Positions 38,757 through 47,614 of a stretch of DNA of 64,000 bases are shown here, piece by piece. Positions within the stretch are counted from its first letter, which is position 1; the number at the start of each line of letters is the position of its first letter. Source of the DNA: an uncultured virus (IMG/VR IMGVR_UViG_3300008954_000034) (lineage: Duplodnaviria > Heunggongvirae > Uroviricota > Caudoviricetes); IMG/VR virus record IMGVR_UViG_3300008954_000034, positions 1 to 64,000 of that record, one strand, 5' to 3'. The position numbers were made by a program, and so were the translations under genes. The notes beneath the pieces were generated by a model. It was not told the origin of the DNA and made no database searches. It worked only from the letters and a program-made list of their open reading frames with translations.

Positions 38757-39544
38757 TATATGAGATCTCGGCGTTTAAGTGCCTCGTTGACCTTCCTACC
38801 AATGTACTCTTTCATCTTCTGTTCCCAACACTCCTTGAGGCTGGCTGGCCCGGGGAAGGCGTAGGGCGTAGGCTTTGCGTCACACCAGTAACGCCACGCA
38901 GTGCGTCGGCGCTCGCTGTCGGACGGTTCGCGGTGCTGCATCCCGTGAGCTTCATGAGTCGGGTCGTTACGAATACGCCAGTACTCGTCCTTGATATCGG
39001 TGTAAGCCTTCTGCTGCGCAGCGTTCGGTATCGGATGGTCCTTCCGCCACTTGTTCTCCAGTCGACTCCAAGCCCGGACAGCCACCAACGCGGTCTCCAT
39101 CGGCCACCCCTTCTCATCCATCACACGCTGGACCCGCTTTACCTCCTGTGGGTTAACGTACGCACGCTTGGCCAGCGTCCAACGATCTTGATCTTCTGGG
39201 GCAAGGGCGAGGGAATGGTTCTCGTAACATTCACAACCAACAACCATCAGTATGTTGCATTTGTCATGCTGAATGTAGTAGTGGTTTTTAATACGTGCGC
39301 CGCAGAGCTGGCATGCTTCTTCACCAATCCCAAATCGGGTGCTTACGGGCTTGTACCCCTTGGGAATCTTCCAGCAGATGGTTGGAGGATCACCTACACT
39401 CATATAGAAGCTGCATGGTGTCCATTCCGATGAGGACGTGTTGAGCTCGGAGAAAGTATCGCCCTGTCGACGTTGATACGCCGATCCCTGCTTCTTCTTA
39501 ACGCCCGGTATTGTTAGCTGTTGTCCTGTGTCTATCAATTCCAT
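38756..39544 (-). CDS. Zinc-finger-containing hypothetical protein
   Basis: CQLCGARIK...VGCEC; has its own sigma70-type promoter. Confidence 0.6.
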   Translation of the reverse strand: MELIDTGQQLTIPGVKKKQGSAYQRRQGDTFSELNTSSSEWTPCSFYMSVGDPPTICWKIPKGYKPVSTRFGIGEEACQLCGARIKNHYYIQHDKCNILMVVGCECYENHSLALAPEDQDRWTLAKRAYVNPQEVKRVQRVMDEKGWPMETALVAVRAWSRLENKWRKDHPIPNAAQQKAYTDIKDEYWRIRNDPTHEAHGMQHREPSDSERRRTAWRYWCDAKPTPYAFPGPASLKECWEQKMKEYIGRKVNEALKRRDLI

Positions 39545-39568
39545 CTCACCAATCCTCGTCTAACTACG

Positions 39569-39606
39569 CACAGGTACATGATAACAATAACTTATACAGG
39601 AGTCAA
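39569..39606 (-). promoter_or_regulatory. Sigma70-type promoter TTGACT-N17-TATCAT (extended -10)
   Basis: Consensus spacing; shares TATCATGTAC with the other early-type promoters. Confidence 0.75.
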
Positions 39607-39902
39607 GACTTATCCGAGTCCGGGGGTTCTCTCCACCTCTTCCCGGTTCGGTAGTCTCGCCCCACCTCTTCCTCGGCGATCATTCGAATCTTTCCGTGCG
39701 GATAAACCATAGTTGACGACCGGTTTACCCGTTGGATATGATTAATAACCTGTTGAATGTGGGCTTCATGACGTTCAGCTGGGTGTCGGCCTTCACACAC
39801 CTTTCGATGGGATACGGTACCAAACCCGTGAGTTTGCATCCCGCAAAATAGGCACTTGAACGCTGTCATCTCCCTCTCCAATCTGCTCCGGTAATACAAC
39901 AT
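39603..39902 (-). CDS. Small Zn-finger-like hypothetical protein
   Basis: CLFC...H...C pattern. Confidence 0.4.
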   Translation of the reverse strand: MLYYRSRLEREMTAFKCLFCGMQTHGFGTVSHRKVCEGRHPAERHEAHIQQVINHIQRVNRSSTMVYPHGKIRMIAEEEVGRDYRTGKRWREPPDSDKS

Positions 39903-39908
39903 CTACAG

Positions 39909-40094
39909 CTACTCAAACTGTACGACGGTCTCTTTTGGTTGGACGTAGGATGTGTGCGTAACCTCTGCGGATGTTGCACACTGTACAATAACAAAGATAC
40001 CGACTGCGACTACGAGTACCAAGAACCCCTTACCACCATTCGACCAGTGGATCTTCATGTTGATCTCCTCAGATCGACTCGAGTATACGAACAA
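39909..40094 (-). CDS. Small membrane/secreted peptide (start probably MKIHWS)
   Basis: Single hydrophobic segment followed by Cys. Confidence 0.35.
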   Translation of the reverse strand: MFVYSSRSEEINMKIHWSNGGKGFLVLVVAVGIFVIVQCATSAEVTHTSYVQPKETVVQFE

Positions 40095-40998
40095 ACTCGG
40101 CCTTGTCCTTCTTGGACGTTATGCTCGAGTGAATTGCCCGGAGTGTTGACGCAAGACGTCTGGAGTCCTGACGTCCAATGCGGCTGGCCACTACCTGAAG
40201 AATCTTAGCACTGACATCCGCACCCTGCGACCCGGGATAGCCATTCCACTCTTCGGGCATAATGAGACTGTCCTCAAAGAAGGCCAAGCCAAAGCAACGC
40301 TCAAAGGACCGTACCTTTCCACCAGACACCGGGTGATCAAACTCGACGCCCTTGTTAATGCCGAACGCACCGATGTGCTCGCAGTACGGGGTTACGTCTG
40401 GGTCAGTTGTCTGGTGACCGCACACGTTACATTCAGAGAACTGGATCATCGTCCCCATTGACGTGTCGGTAATCCCACCGTCAAGGATGGCTTCGACGGC
40501 GTTTGGATAAAGACCGTCCAGCGCTTCCTTCTCAATGGCCCATACATTTTCGACCCAGTTACCAACAACCTGATCTCCTTCATCGAGACTGGTAAGCCCC
40601 GTGAACGGTGTCAGCACTGGTGACTCGGACCCTTTCTTGGAGGCCAGTTCTCGAGCAGCCTTTGAAATCACAGCTGATGGAATGTAGGCAGAGTCTACAA
40701 CCATCCCAATATCCAAACTTGGGTCGTGGTCGATGTCAATCATCTGCCCGGGGAAGGTACTGTGAGAACGTAGGAGTTCCACACCCGGGAAACCGTCAAA
40801 GTTCTGGTTCGGTCCCCACAGCTCTTCGGCACTGATCGATCTGTTTCTGACGTACAAGTACTGGTCAGGGTTCAGCTTAATCCCGCGAGACGACGCGAGA
40901 CGTTTCTGTACCGACTCTGTTGTGCGACCGGCGAGAACAATCTTCTCGGGGTTCCGCGCAACCTGAACCATCTTTGATACGCCGTGCTTAACAAACAT
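40069..40998 (-). CDS. Prohead (capsid maturation) protease
   Basis: NQNFDGF, IDHD (His), TSMG (Ser), CNVCGH...CEH Zn insert, FFEDS...GAD motifs; upstream of scaffold and capsid genes. Confidence 0.7.
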   Translation of the reverse strand: MFVKHGVSKMVQVARNPEKIVLAGRTTESVQKRLASSRGIKLNPDQYLYVRNRSISAEELWGPNQNFDGFPGVELLRSHSTFPGQMIDIDHDPSLDIGMVVDSAYIPSAVISKAARELASKKGSESPVLTPFTGLTSLDEGDQVVGNWVENVWAIEKEALDGLYPNAVEAILDGGITDTSMGTMIQFSECNVCGHQTTDPDVTPYCEHIGAFGINKGVEFDHPVSGGKVRSFERCFGLAFFEDSLIMPEEWNGYPGSQGADVSAKILQVVASRIGRQDSRRLASTLRAIHSSITSKKDKAEFVRILESI

Positions 40999-41022
40999 GA
41001 GTTAATCTCCTCGTAGTCATGG

Positions 41023-41054
41023 AATGATAGGATCACCCCACCCTACGGTAGACC
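41023..41054 (-). promoter_or_regulatory. Candidate late promoter GGTCT-N20-TATCATT upstream of the protease gene
   Basis: Same bipartite motif and spacing. Confidence 0.45.
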
Positions 41055-41713
41055 GATACAATCCAATCGATTTGAACTGTCGGAATCACCGATGGAGCCC
41101 GGGAAATATCACGAGCAAGCTCAAAGTTTCCAACTTCAGACATGAGATCGAGAAGTAAATCCCCGGACCCATTAGCATCTTCAATACGAAGACCGTCTTC
41201 AGTCACGACGAAGTTCCATTGATGCAGACCATTGTATTCAACTCGCTTACCCTCGTTCTCGTGGTGAATTAGAACAAGGTATCCGCAACTACACACCCGG
41301 GAAGCACACGCCTTAATCGCAGCGGGGGCGTCCTCAGCGTGGTCCAGTGCGTTACGTGAGTGAACAATGTGGTAGTTATCAAACGGAAGTTGTGCGGTGA
41401 GAAGATCTTCGGCACGAAGTGGTAGCATTGCTATACGACTCGGAATGTCATGGCGAGCCAGTAATTGTTGGTACTTTTCAGCCAGTGGGTCGATACCAAC
41501 AACAGCGACAGGTTCGTTCTTGTGCCGGTTGGGGACAATTGAAATAGGACCACACCCAACATCCAAAATACGAGCCTGATGGATACAATCTTCCCGAATA
41601 CCAAGTGAAGCGGTGAGTAACTTATCCATCCGAAAATATGTAGACAGATCACGGCCCGAGGTCATACGCATCTCGTAGTCAACCTTGGCCCAGTCACGGC
41701 GACCAACCCGCAT
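41033..41713 (-). CDS. Class I SAM-dependent methyltransferase
   Basis: ILDVGCGP motif I, VGIDPLA, HSRNALDH. Confidence 0.8.
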   Translation of the reverse strand: MRVGRRDWAKVDYEMRMTSGRDLSTYFRMDKLLTASLGIREDCIHQARILDVGCGPISIVPNRHKNEPVAVVGIDPLAEKYQQLLARHDIPSRIAMLPLRAEDLLTAQLPFDNYHIVHSRNALDHAEDAPAAIKACASRVCSCGYLVLIHHENEGKRVEYNGLHQWNFVVTEDGLRIEDANGSGDLLLDLMSEVGNFELARDISRAPSVIPTVQIDWIVSVYRRVG

Positions 41714-41753
41714 CCATTCATCCCAGAACGCGAGCTCGTCTGCAATTAGTTCT

Positions 41754-42272
41754 TCACTCCACTTCGTCTAGTGTCTCCCTTGGGAACTTAAATCTGGCAT
41801 CCTTCTTGGCCTGCACCGCCGCCTTGTCCGCCATTTCATTACCGGTTATACCTCGGTGGCCACGGACATGAGTCCACCTCACGTCTGGACCATCTAAGTC
41901 AAACAGCTCATGCCAGAGATCGAGATTCTTTACATCCTCGTCGGAGGTTGTTTTCCACCCACACTCCTTCCAGACATAAATCCAGTCCGTAATGCCAAGC
42001 ACAACGTACTTACTGTCTGAGATGACTTCAATGACCCCGGAGGACACCAGAGACCGTGCTTTGCGAAGACCTTCAATGGCTGCTGTCATCTCAGCCGTTT
42101 GATTCGTGGCCGGGTACATCGGTCCGGATAAAACTTGTGGAGCTTTCTGGGGCTGAAAAACTACGGCACCCCACCCCCCGTACCCAACTTTGTCATTTGC
42201 CCCGTCAACATAAACTCGAATGCACGGCTTCCCTTTGAGTCTTTTTCTGGGGCCGAGCTTACGTAGTAGCAT
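41754..42272 (-). CDS. rnhA: Ribonuclease HI
   Basis: YVDGA, TNQTAEMTA, SDSKYV, KNLDLW, HVRGHRGITGNEMADKAA catalytic motifs. Confidence 0.92.
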   Translation of the reverse strand: MLLRKLGPRKRLKGKPCIRVYVDGANDKVGYGGWGAVVFQPQKAPQVLSGPMYPATNQTAEMTAAIEGLRKARSLVSSGVIEVISDSKYVVLGITDWIYVWKECGWKTTSDEDVKNLDLWHELFDLDGPDVRWTHVRGHRGITGNEMADKAAVQAKKDARFKFPRETLDEVE

Positions 42273-42606
42273 CAGGCAGTTCCGGAACGTCAAGGTTAAC
42301 CAACGCAGCTCGAAGTGCCGACGCCAGCTTAACATCATCAGCTGATGACTCCAGAAACCCGCTTACATCTAGTGGGTCGACGACGACGATCTCCACATGG
42401 ACACCGTCAAGTTTACCGTCGTTCACTACAATGGCGTCGTTATCATCCGTAACCGGACTGATGATCACGTCGCCACCACACTCGTTCACAAGCCGCTCAA
42501 AGAGTTCGTGCCACTTCCCACGATGCACCCCAGCCGTTCGATTTAACACCAACAACGATTCATGATACCGTTGTGAACTGAAATACTCCTCGCGCTCCGT
42601 CATCAA
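42259..42606 (-). CDS. Hypothetical protein
   Basis: 115-aa ORF with GGAGG RBS. Confidence 0.5.
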   Translation of the reverse strand: MMTEREEYFSSQRYHESLLVLNRTAGVHRGKWHELFERLVNECGGDVIISPVTDDNDAIVVNDGKLDGVHVEIVVVDPLDVSGFLESSADDVKLASALRAALVNLDVPELPDATT

Positions 42607-42643
42607 CTCCTCCGTTTACGGATTTTAGAATAAGGTGAGTAAG

Positions 42644-43060
42644 TCACCCTCGCAACTTCCGCTGCTGGATGATATCCTCTTCGGTTGGAAAGTTAATCTC
42701 CTTCCGCTCTTCGGCGGTCAGATACCGAGCACCGAGCCAGCGGCACACATAGTCAACAATACTCGTGGCTATCGGAATCTCGCCTTGATTGTCGGTCATT
42801 CCCTGTGGTTCAAATCGAGAGAACAGCCCCTTTGAAATAATCGCCTTGAGTGGAACACCATACTGCAAAGATATGGAAAGCACAGTCGCCCACGAGTCAT
42901 AAGCACCTGACAGCGCGGTCCCCTCCTTGTCAATGTGAATGAATACCTCACCGAGACTACCGTCTTCATAAAGACCAGCAACGATAGACCCGGCAACACC
43001 ACCAATATTAAACTCGTGCTTTACAGATTCACGAGTATCCGGTAAGCGACGCCGGTTCAT
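42644..43060 (-). CDS. Stand-alone TSCPD domain (class II RNR C-terminal-like) protein
   Basis: RRRLPDTRESVKHEF...GLYEDGSLGEVFI...KEG...SLQYGVPL...RFEPQGMT...ATSIVDY. Confidence 0.8.
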   Translation of the reverse strand: MNRRRLPDTRESVKHEFNIGGVAGSIVAGLYEDGSLGEVFIHIDKEGTALSGAYDSWATVLSISLQYGVPLKAIISKGLFSRFEPQGMTDNQGEIPIATSIVDYVCRWLGARYLTAEERKEINFPTEEDIIQQRKLRG

Positions 43061-43857
43061 GCAACTTCCTCCCAACCGTAAGACATCACAAAGTCAAGCC
43101 GGTCGGTTCCCCGCTGACGTCGGCGAACGTCAGTGCCCTCACGAGAGCCCGCTGCATTCGTATTACCTTCGATAGTGGTAACAACACCAGACTCAATGAA
43201 TTCTTCCACGAATCCAATATGAGTCCAGTCTTCACCACTACGATGAACCATAAACAATGACCCCGAAACCTGCTCAGGGATCTGAGGAAGATCGGCAAAC
43301 GCACCTCGAGTCTTTGCCCATTTTGCAATTTCGTCAACCGACCACCCGGGAAGATCCCACAGTGAGTTACCAAACTTCCGCGTTCCGGTAAGATTGTACA
43401 GAGCTTGGCGAGTACAGAAAGTCACAAACCCAGCACACCATGGAAAGTCCTTACCTGTATGTCCATCCATGTAAAGCGCCACCCACGGACCAGTGTTGTT
43501 GGTAAGCTCATGGGCTTTGTTTGCCAGATGCTGTCGTGCGTATTGAAGAGCAAGAGCTGGAATGGAACGGGAGTGGTGGGTCTCAACCCAGTTTGCTACA
43601 GCTTCTTCATCCTTGAGAATAGGCTGAAGTGCGTTGTACATCGGGTGGCGGAGTGCTGCCCACGTGATCTCGTCACAGATGTCGTACCCGGTGATTTTGA
43701 GCAGTGCCGCCTGCGTCGCTGGACCGAAGTCCTCGTCAATTTCAACCCACAGGTCGCGTAGACACAACCATTCCTGCATCAGCTTAACGTCGCTGCCGCT
43801 GGCTCCACGGTATAAATTCGGGGGACTTTTCAGTTCTATCATGGAGTCGTACATCAA
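43057..43857 (-). CDS. Endolysin: peptidoglycan-binding domain plus CHAP amidase/peptidase
   Basis: GASGSDVKLMQ...DFGPATQAA; PWCAGFV (Cys), HIGFV (His), TIEGNT. Confidence 0.85.
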   Translation of the reverse strand: MMYDSMIELKSPPNLYRGASGSDVKLMQEWLCLRDLWVEIDEDFGPATQAALLKITGYDICDEITWAALRHPMYNALQPILKDEEAVANWVETHHSRSIPALALQYARQHLANKAHELTNNTGPWVALYMDGHTGKDFPWCAGFVTFCTRQALYNLTGTRKFGNSLWDLPGWSVDEIAKWAKTRGAFADLPQIPEQVSGSLFMVHRSGEDWTHIGFVEEFIESGVVTTIEGNTNAAGSREGTDVRRRQRGTDRLDFVMSYGWEEVA

Positions 43858-44258
43858 CCGACCTCCTTCTGTGCCTTCTTGGCCTTGCTTTCTTGTATGG
43901 TCATAAAGCTCTGGTAAACATCAGCCCACGCTTTTGACCCACCACTACAGAATAACCCAGTGATAGTCTTCCCAATCAGAGTCGACTCACTTGCGTACAT
44001 CATTGCAAAGATGTCAAACCCTGTAAGAATTGAGAAAGCTACACACGTACCCATTGTCGTGTACAAGCGAAGGTCGTCAAATCTGACGACCTTCCTGATA
44101 GACTTCCACAGTGAAGTAACATAAATCGCGGTCAGAGTCCGCTCAATAATCAATGTCACAACAACTGCAACAAGTAATGGTTTGAATGGATCAGCACTGG
44201 TACCTGACATGTCGGGGAACACTGAACCACCTCGATTCTTAAGCAGGCTGCCCAACAA
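43854..44258 (-). CDS. Putative holin
   Basis: About 3 hydrophobic segments and a charged C-terminus; ATGA-coupled to the endolysin. Confidence 0.6.
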   Translation of the reverse strand: MLGSLLKNRGGSVFPDMSGTSADPFKPLLVAVVVTLIIERTLTAIYVTSLWKSIRKVVRFDDLRLYTTMGTCVAFSILTGFDIFAMMYASESTLIGKTITGLFCSGGSKAWADVYQSFMTIQESKAKKAQKEVG

Positions 44259-44481
44259 GCATGAAGCTACGATGAGCTACCCTACGCTGCCGATCCTGTG
44301 TTTCCAAGATCTTCTGTTCAAGATCCCGGGCATTTGCAGCCTGTACGTGGTCGCCGTTAACTATGGAGTAAACACATCCGGTACCCATGTACATTGGGAA
44401 TCCGAGTACAGTACCAACCCGGAGACCACGCTCAAGTCCGCTGAGAATTCCGTTCTTCATGTCGAACCTCCTCAGCCGCAA
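44239..44481 (-). CDS. Hypothetical protein
   Basis: Short ORF in the operon. Confidence 0.35.
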   Translation of the reverse strand: MRLRRFDMKNGILSGLERGLRVGTVLGFPMYMGTGCVYSIVNGDHVQAANARDLEQKILETQDRQRRVAHRSFMLVGQPA

Positions 44482-44545
44482 TGGCTGGGTTATGTCAATC
44501 TAACCCGAAGAGTGTATGAATTCAACATGAAAGTCGAAACCCAAG

Positions 44546-45460
44546 TCACTCGTCGGTGTGGCGCTTCTTCTTCTTGGACTGACGTTCCTCGTAGTCAGCG
44601 ATGGTATCCTCCACCATCGGCATCTTCGGAAATACCTTCTTACCCCAACGCGGACGTCCCTTGGGAGTAATGACAATAGCATCTCGGACTTCAACCACAC
44701 CACGTTCAAGAAGTCCGTGAATTGCGTGACGCTCGTCGTCGAGCTTCATTCCCTTGTCGAAGTCAACTTCAGCGTCCAGCGTTGCCACAATTTCCTTGAG
44801 CACGCGATACTGACGATGCCCAAGCGCGTGGGAAAGAGGACGTTCCGGGGGTGTGTTGGAAATCTCAACGTCCCCAAACTTCTCAGTGTGGACGACAATC
44901 ACGTCGTCGCTGGGCGTCGAGGCAGGGGCCTTCTTCCCAGACGCGGATTCACGCTTGTTCGACTTACGACGAGACTTCTTCTGAGCCTCTTCGATCACGG
45001 GCTCTTCATCTGACTCATCGTCATCCTCGTCCGTGGTATCCTCGTCCCCGTCATCAGAGTCAGGTTCATCGTCTGTGTCATCATCCTCTTCATCGGGCGA
45101 TGGGTCTTCAGCCTCCCCGGCGTCTTCGTCATCTGACTCTTCGTCATCTGACTCTTCGTCATCTGACTCTTCGTCATCTGACTCTTCGTCATCTGACTCT
45201 TCGTCATCGACCTGTGTGTCGTCAGACTCCGAAACGTCGTCCTCGTCTCCTTCATCCGCAACTTCCCACGGGGGGTCGGCGTTGAAGTTGTCCTTGTACT
45301 CGTCGGCCAGCATTGCAAGCTGATCTTCGTCTCCACCAACCTCATCAAGGATGGCTTCACGGTCACCGTTCACAATGTATCCAGCCAGTGTGTTGGCTTC
45401 CTTCGACTTCATCTCAAAGGTATCAACCAACCACTTCTTCAATTCCTTCATTCTCGGCAT
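44546..45460 (-). CDS. Acidic low-complexity protein with possible C-terminal winged helix
   Basis: Long D/E tract, basic patch, then HGLLERGVVEV...ITPKGR. Confidence 0.55.
   Translation of the reverse strand: MPRMKELKKWLVDTFEMKSKEANTLAGYIVNGDREAILDEVGGDEDQLAMLADEYKDNFNADPPWEVADEGDEDDVSESDDTQVDDEESDDEESDDEESDDEESDDEESDDEDAGEAEDPSPDEEDDDTDDEPDSDDGDEDTTDEDDDESDEEPVIEEAQKKSRRKSNKRESASGKKAPASTPSDDVIVVHTEKFGDVEISNTPPERPLSHALGHRQYRVLKEIVATLDAEVDFDKGMKLDDERHAIHGLLERGVVEVRDAIVITPKGRPRWGKKVFPKMPMVEDTIADYEERQSKKKKRHTDE
45123..45208. repeat. 15-bp tandem repeat, about 5.7 copies (encodes DDEES)
   Basis: tcttcgtcatctgac repeated. Confidence 0.9.
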
Positions 45461-45488
45461 AACAAATCCTCTCGGTTAACGCCGTACC

Positions 45489-45530
45489 TGTTGATTGCCA
45501 TTATAATACATGGCAACAGATAAATCAACA
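45489..45530 (-). promoter_or_regulatory. Sigma70 promoter TTGATT-N17-TATAAT embedded in inverted repeats
   Basis: -35 at 45523-45528 and -10 at 45500-45505; arms tgttgatt/aatcaaca and ttgccat/atggcaa. Confidence 0.65.
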
Positions 45531-45540
45531 TCATAGTGCG

Positions 45541-46467
45541 TTAAAGAGCCACTAAGATGCCAATTGTTAAGTTTCCGTGGGGCTCTGACAATAATGCAGT
45601 CCGCCACCCAGCACTCACAAGTAAGTTCTCGGAAAAAGGAAGGTGAGTGGACACGTTGTAGGCTATTGAGACTGAAAGTGAGTGTGAGTCATCTGCGTTC
45701 GTGGTAAGTGACAGCACAGGAGCTCGCAATAAATAACCATCGTTCCCCAGAAGAGCGGAGATGATGGAAAGACCTATACCACCCTCCAATTGTCCAATAC
45801 CGTTAGTCACCAACATTGCGCGCGGGTTCCACCAATCAACCCAGTCCAACGGCTCCTTGGCGTGAACCGACTCAACGACATAGTCACCTAAGTAACGTCG
45901 GACCTTTGGGTCCCGTTCGGACTGCACCCACACTGAGTAAATCGTACGCTCGTTACCTGAGTCATCCATAGATCGAATTCGGACGTCACCTACTCGCATC
46001 GTAAAGTGGTAAAGAATCGAGTCGCCCTCAGTCTGGATAGTCACCCACGGGTCAGTAAATGATCCAACTCCCCCACCCGCGATATCCACAAGCCCGGAAC
46101 CAACATCAATACCAACAACGTCCTCCCGATCACGTAAAGAATCAACGTGGGCGCGGAGGCCGGAGTTACTACCAAGCAACGCGTCCACCCGGTCGAGTGC
46201 GTCGTCAAGCGCCCGTTCCTTTGTGGTGTTCAGGGTCTGTGCCTGCGACAGCTCATCGCTTAGACGCTGGTGCTCAACAACCATATCCCTGTTGCGGTTC
46301 GACACAGTGTCAAACCGGGTCTGCAGATCTTCGTATGACTTGCGCAGAGGATTCAATTCGTAAACGAGGTCACCCAGTCCACGAAGAATCGCCGGACCAG
46401 CTGTTGGTACCAGTATGGCAAGGATGACAACGACTACAGGTATCCGCCACTTCTTTGGCATCTTCAT
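45541..46467 (-). CDS. Membrane-anchored coiled-coil protein with beta-rich C-terminus (spanin-like?)
   Basis: N-terminal TM, coiled coil, amphipathic beta strands; near the lysis genes. Confidence 0.45.
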   Translation of the reverse strand: MKMPKKWRIPVVVVILAILVPTAGPAILRGLGDLVYELNPLRKSYEDLQTRFDTVSNRNRDMVVEHQRLSDELSQAQTLNTTKERALDDALDRVDALLGSNSGLRAHVDSLRDREDVVGIDVGSGLVDIAGGGVGSFTDPWVTIQTEGDSILYHFTMRVGDVRIRSMDDSGNERTIYSVWVQSERDPKVRRYLGDYVVESVHAKEPLDWVDWWNPRAMLVTNGIGQLEGGIGLSIISALLGNDGYLLRAPVLSLTTNADDSHSLSVSIAYNVSTHLPFSENLLVSAGWRTALLSEPHGNLTIGILVAL

Positions 46468-46539
46468 TGATCTAGTCTCCGGTGATGGATCGTATGATGA
46501 ATATCAACAATGTGACGGTGGAATGCAAGAGATGAGGAA

Positions 46540-47244
46540 CTACATCCTGAATGCGGATGGATCTCCGCGCTGGATTGAGTTAAGAAGATCGATGTAGGTA
46601 GAATGAGTCGACTTTTCTTCCCAGTGACGTTCAGATGTGGTCAAATGCGAGAAATCTAAACTGGTTCCAACAAATTCACACAGATTATCTCTCATTCCGT
46701 GGTCATCGTGTATAAGAACGTCAAAGTCAACCAACATGAACGGAACATCGGTACCGTCCCGCACAAGGCCGAGAGCAGCCGAGATGAACAGTTCCCAGAG
46801 CTCAAAGGAGTCATGCACACTCATGGAATCCCGCTTAGCCAGTGACCGGGCAACAGACTCTGGAGATCGAATGCAGCATATAAACTTACCTTCACGAGCG
46901 GCTGGGGTTAGACGATGAAGATGGTGGAAACCAATACTCAACCGGGGATCTTTAAACACACCACGATCACCAATTGACTCTATATACTGTGCTACCTCAA
47001 CGTCAAGTGGCTCGATTCCTAGATAGGGAACCTTACCCCAGCTCGACGCGCCTCGTTCGAGACGGGAGATTACATTGATGTCAAAGCTGACGATGTTCGA
47101 GTTCTCAAATAACCCGAGACTGTTGCCCCACTTCTCACCACCAATGACGTCAGAATCTGGACCGGGGGTGAACCCGGATTTTACAAGACACCCGGTAAGT
47201 GCTGAAGTTCCGCACCGGTGCATTCCGCCTATAAATAACGCCAT
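46540..47244 (-). CDS. Sulfotransferase-family protein
   Basis: GGMHRCGTSAL PAPS-binding loop, FKDPR, CIRSPESVARSL..R. Confidence 0.8.
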   Translation of the reverse strand: MALFIGGMHRCGTSALTGCLVKSGFTPGPDSDVIGGEKWGNSLGLFENSNIVSFDINVISRLERGASSWGKVPYLGIEPLDVEVAQYIESIGDRGVFKDPRLSIGFHHLHRLTPAAREGKFICCIRSPESVARSLAKRDSMSVHDSFELWELFISAALGLVRDGTDVPFMLVDFDVLIHDDHGMRDNLCEFVGTSLDFSHLTTSERHWEEKSTHSTYIDLLNSIQRGDPSAFRM

Positions 47245-47257
47245 GCTTTATCCACCA

Positions 47258-47614
47258 TTAACCTGCAAAGCCATTACCCTCACCTAGATCTTCCACATCC
47301 TTTGGGTCCGAATCTACGGTAAGATCGTCTTCACGCATGGCAAGTCCAGCCGCCTGAAGACATCCCTTGGTACTTATGGTCTCGTCGTAGACTTGTAAAC
47401 CGGGAAGTGTGGTCAATTGTGTATGTTGATCTGAACTGATCGCACTTGGGTGAGCTGCGGATATGTAGTGAGTTACAATACCGGGTGGAGTTAGAAGCTC
47501 AGTGGTAAATGAGTTAATACCTGCAATAGCGCGAGCCTCGGTAACTCGTCCACTTGGGACAATGTACTTTATCCGGTCAGTTATATTCATGATGGTATCT
47601 TCTCCAGTCCCCAC
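47258..47614 (-). CDS. Hypothetical protein (start probably near 47590)
   Basis: ORF coupled to the upstream gene. Confidence 0.45.
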   Translation of the reverse strand: MGTGEDTIMNITDRIKYIVPSGRVTEARAIAGINSFTTELLTPPGIVTHYISAAHPSAISSDQHTQLTTLPGLQVYDETISTKGCLQAAGLAMREDDLTVDSDPKDVEDLGEGNGFAG

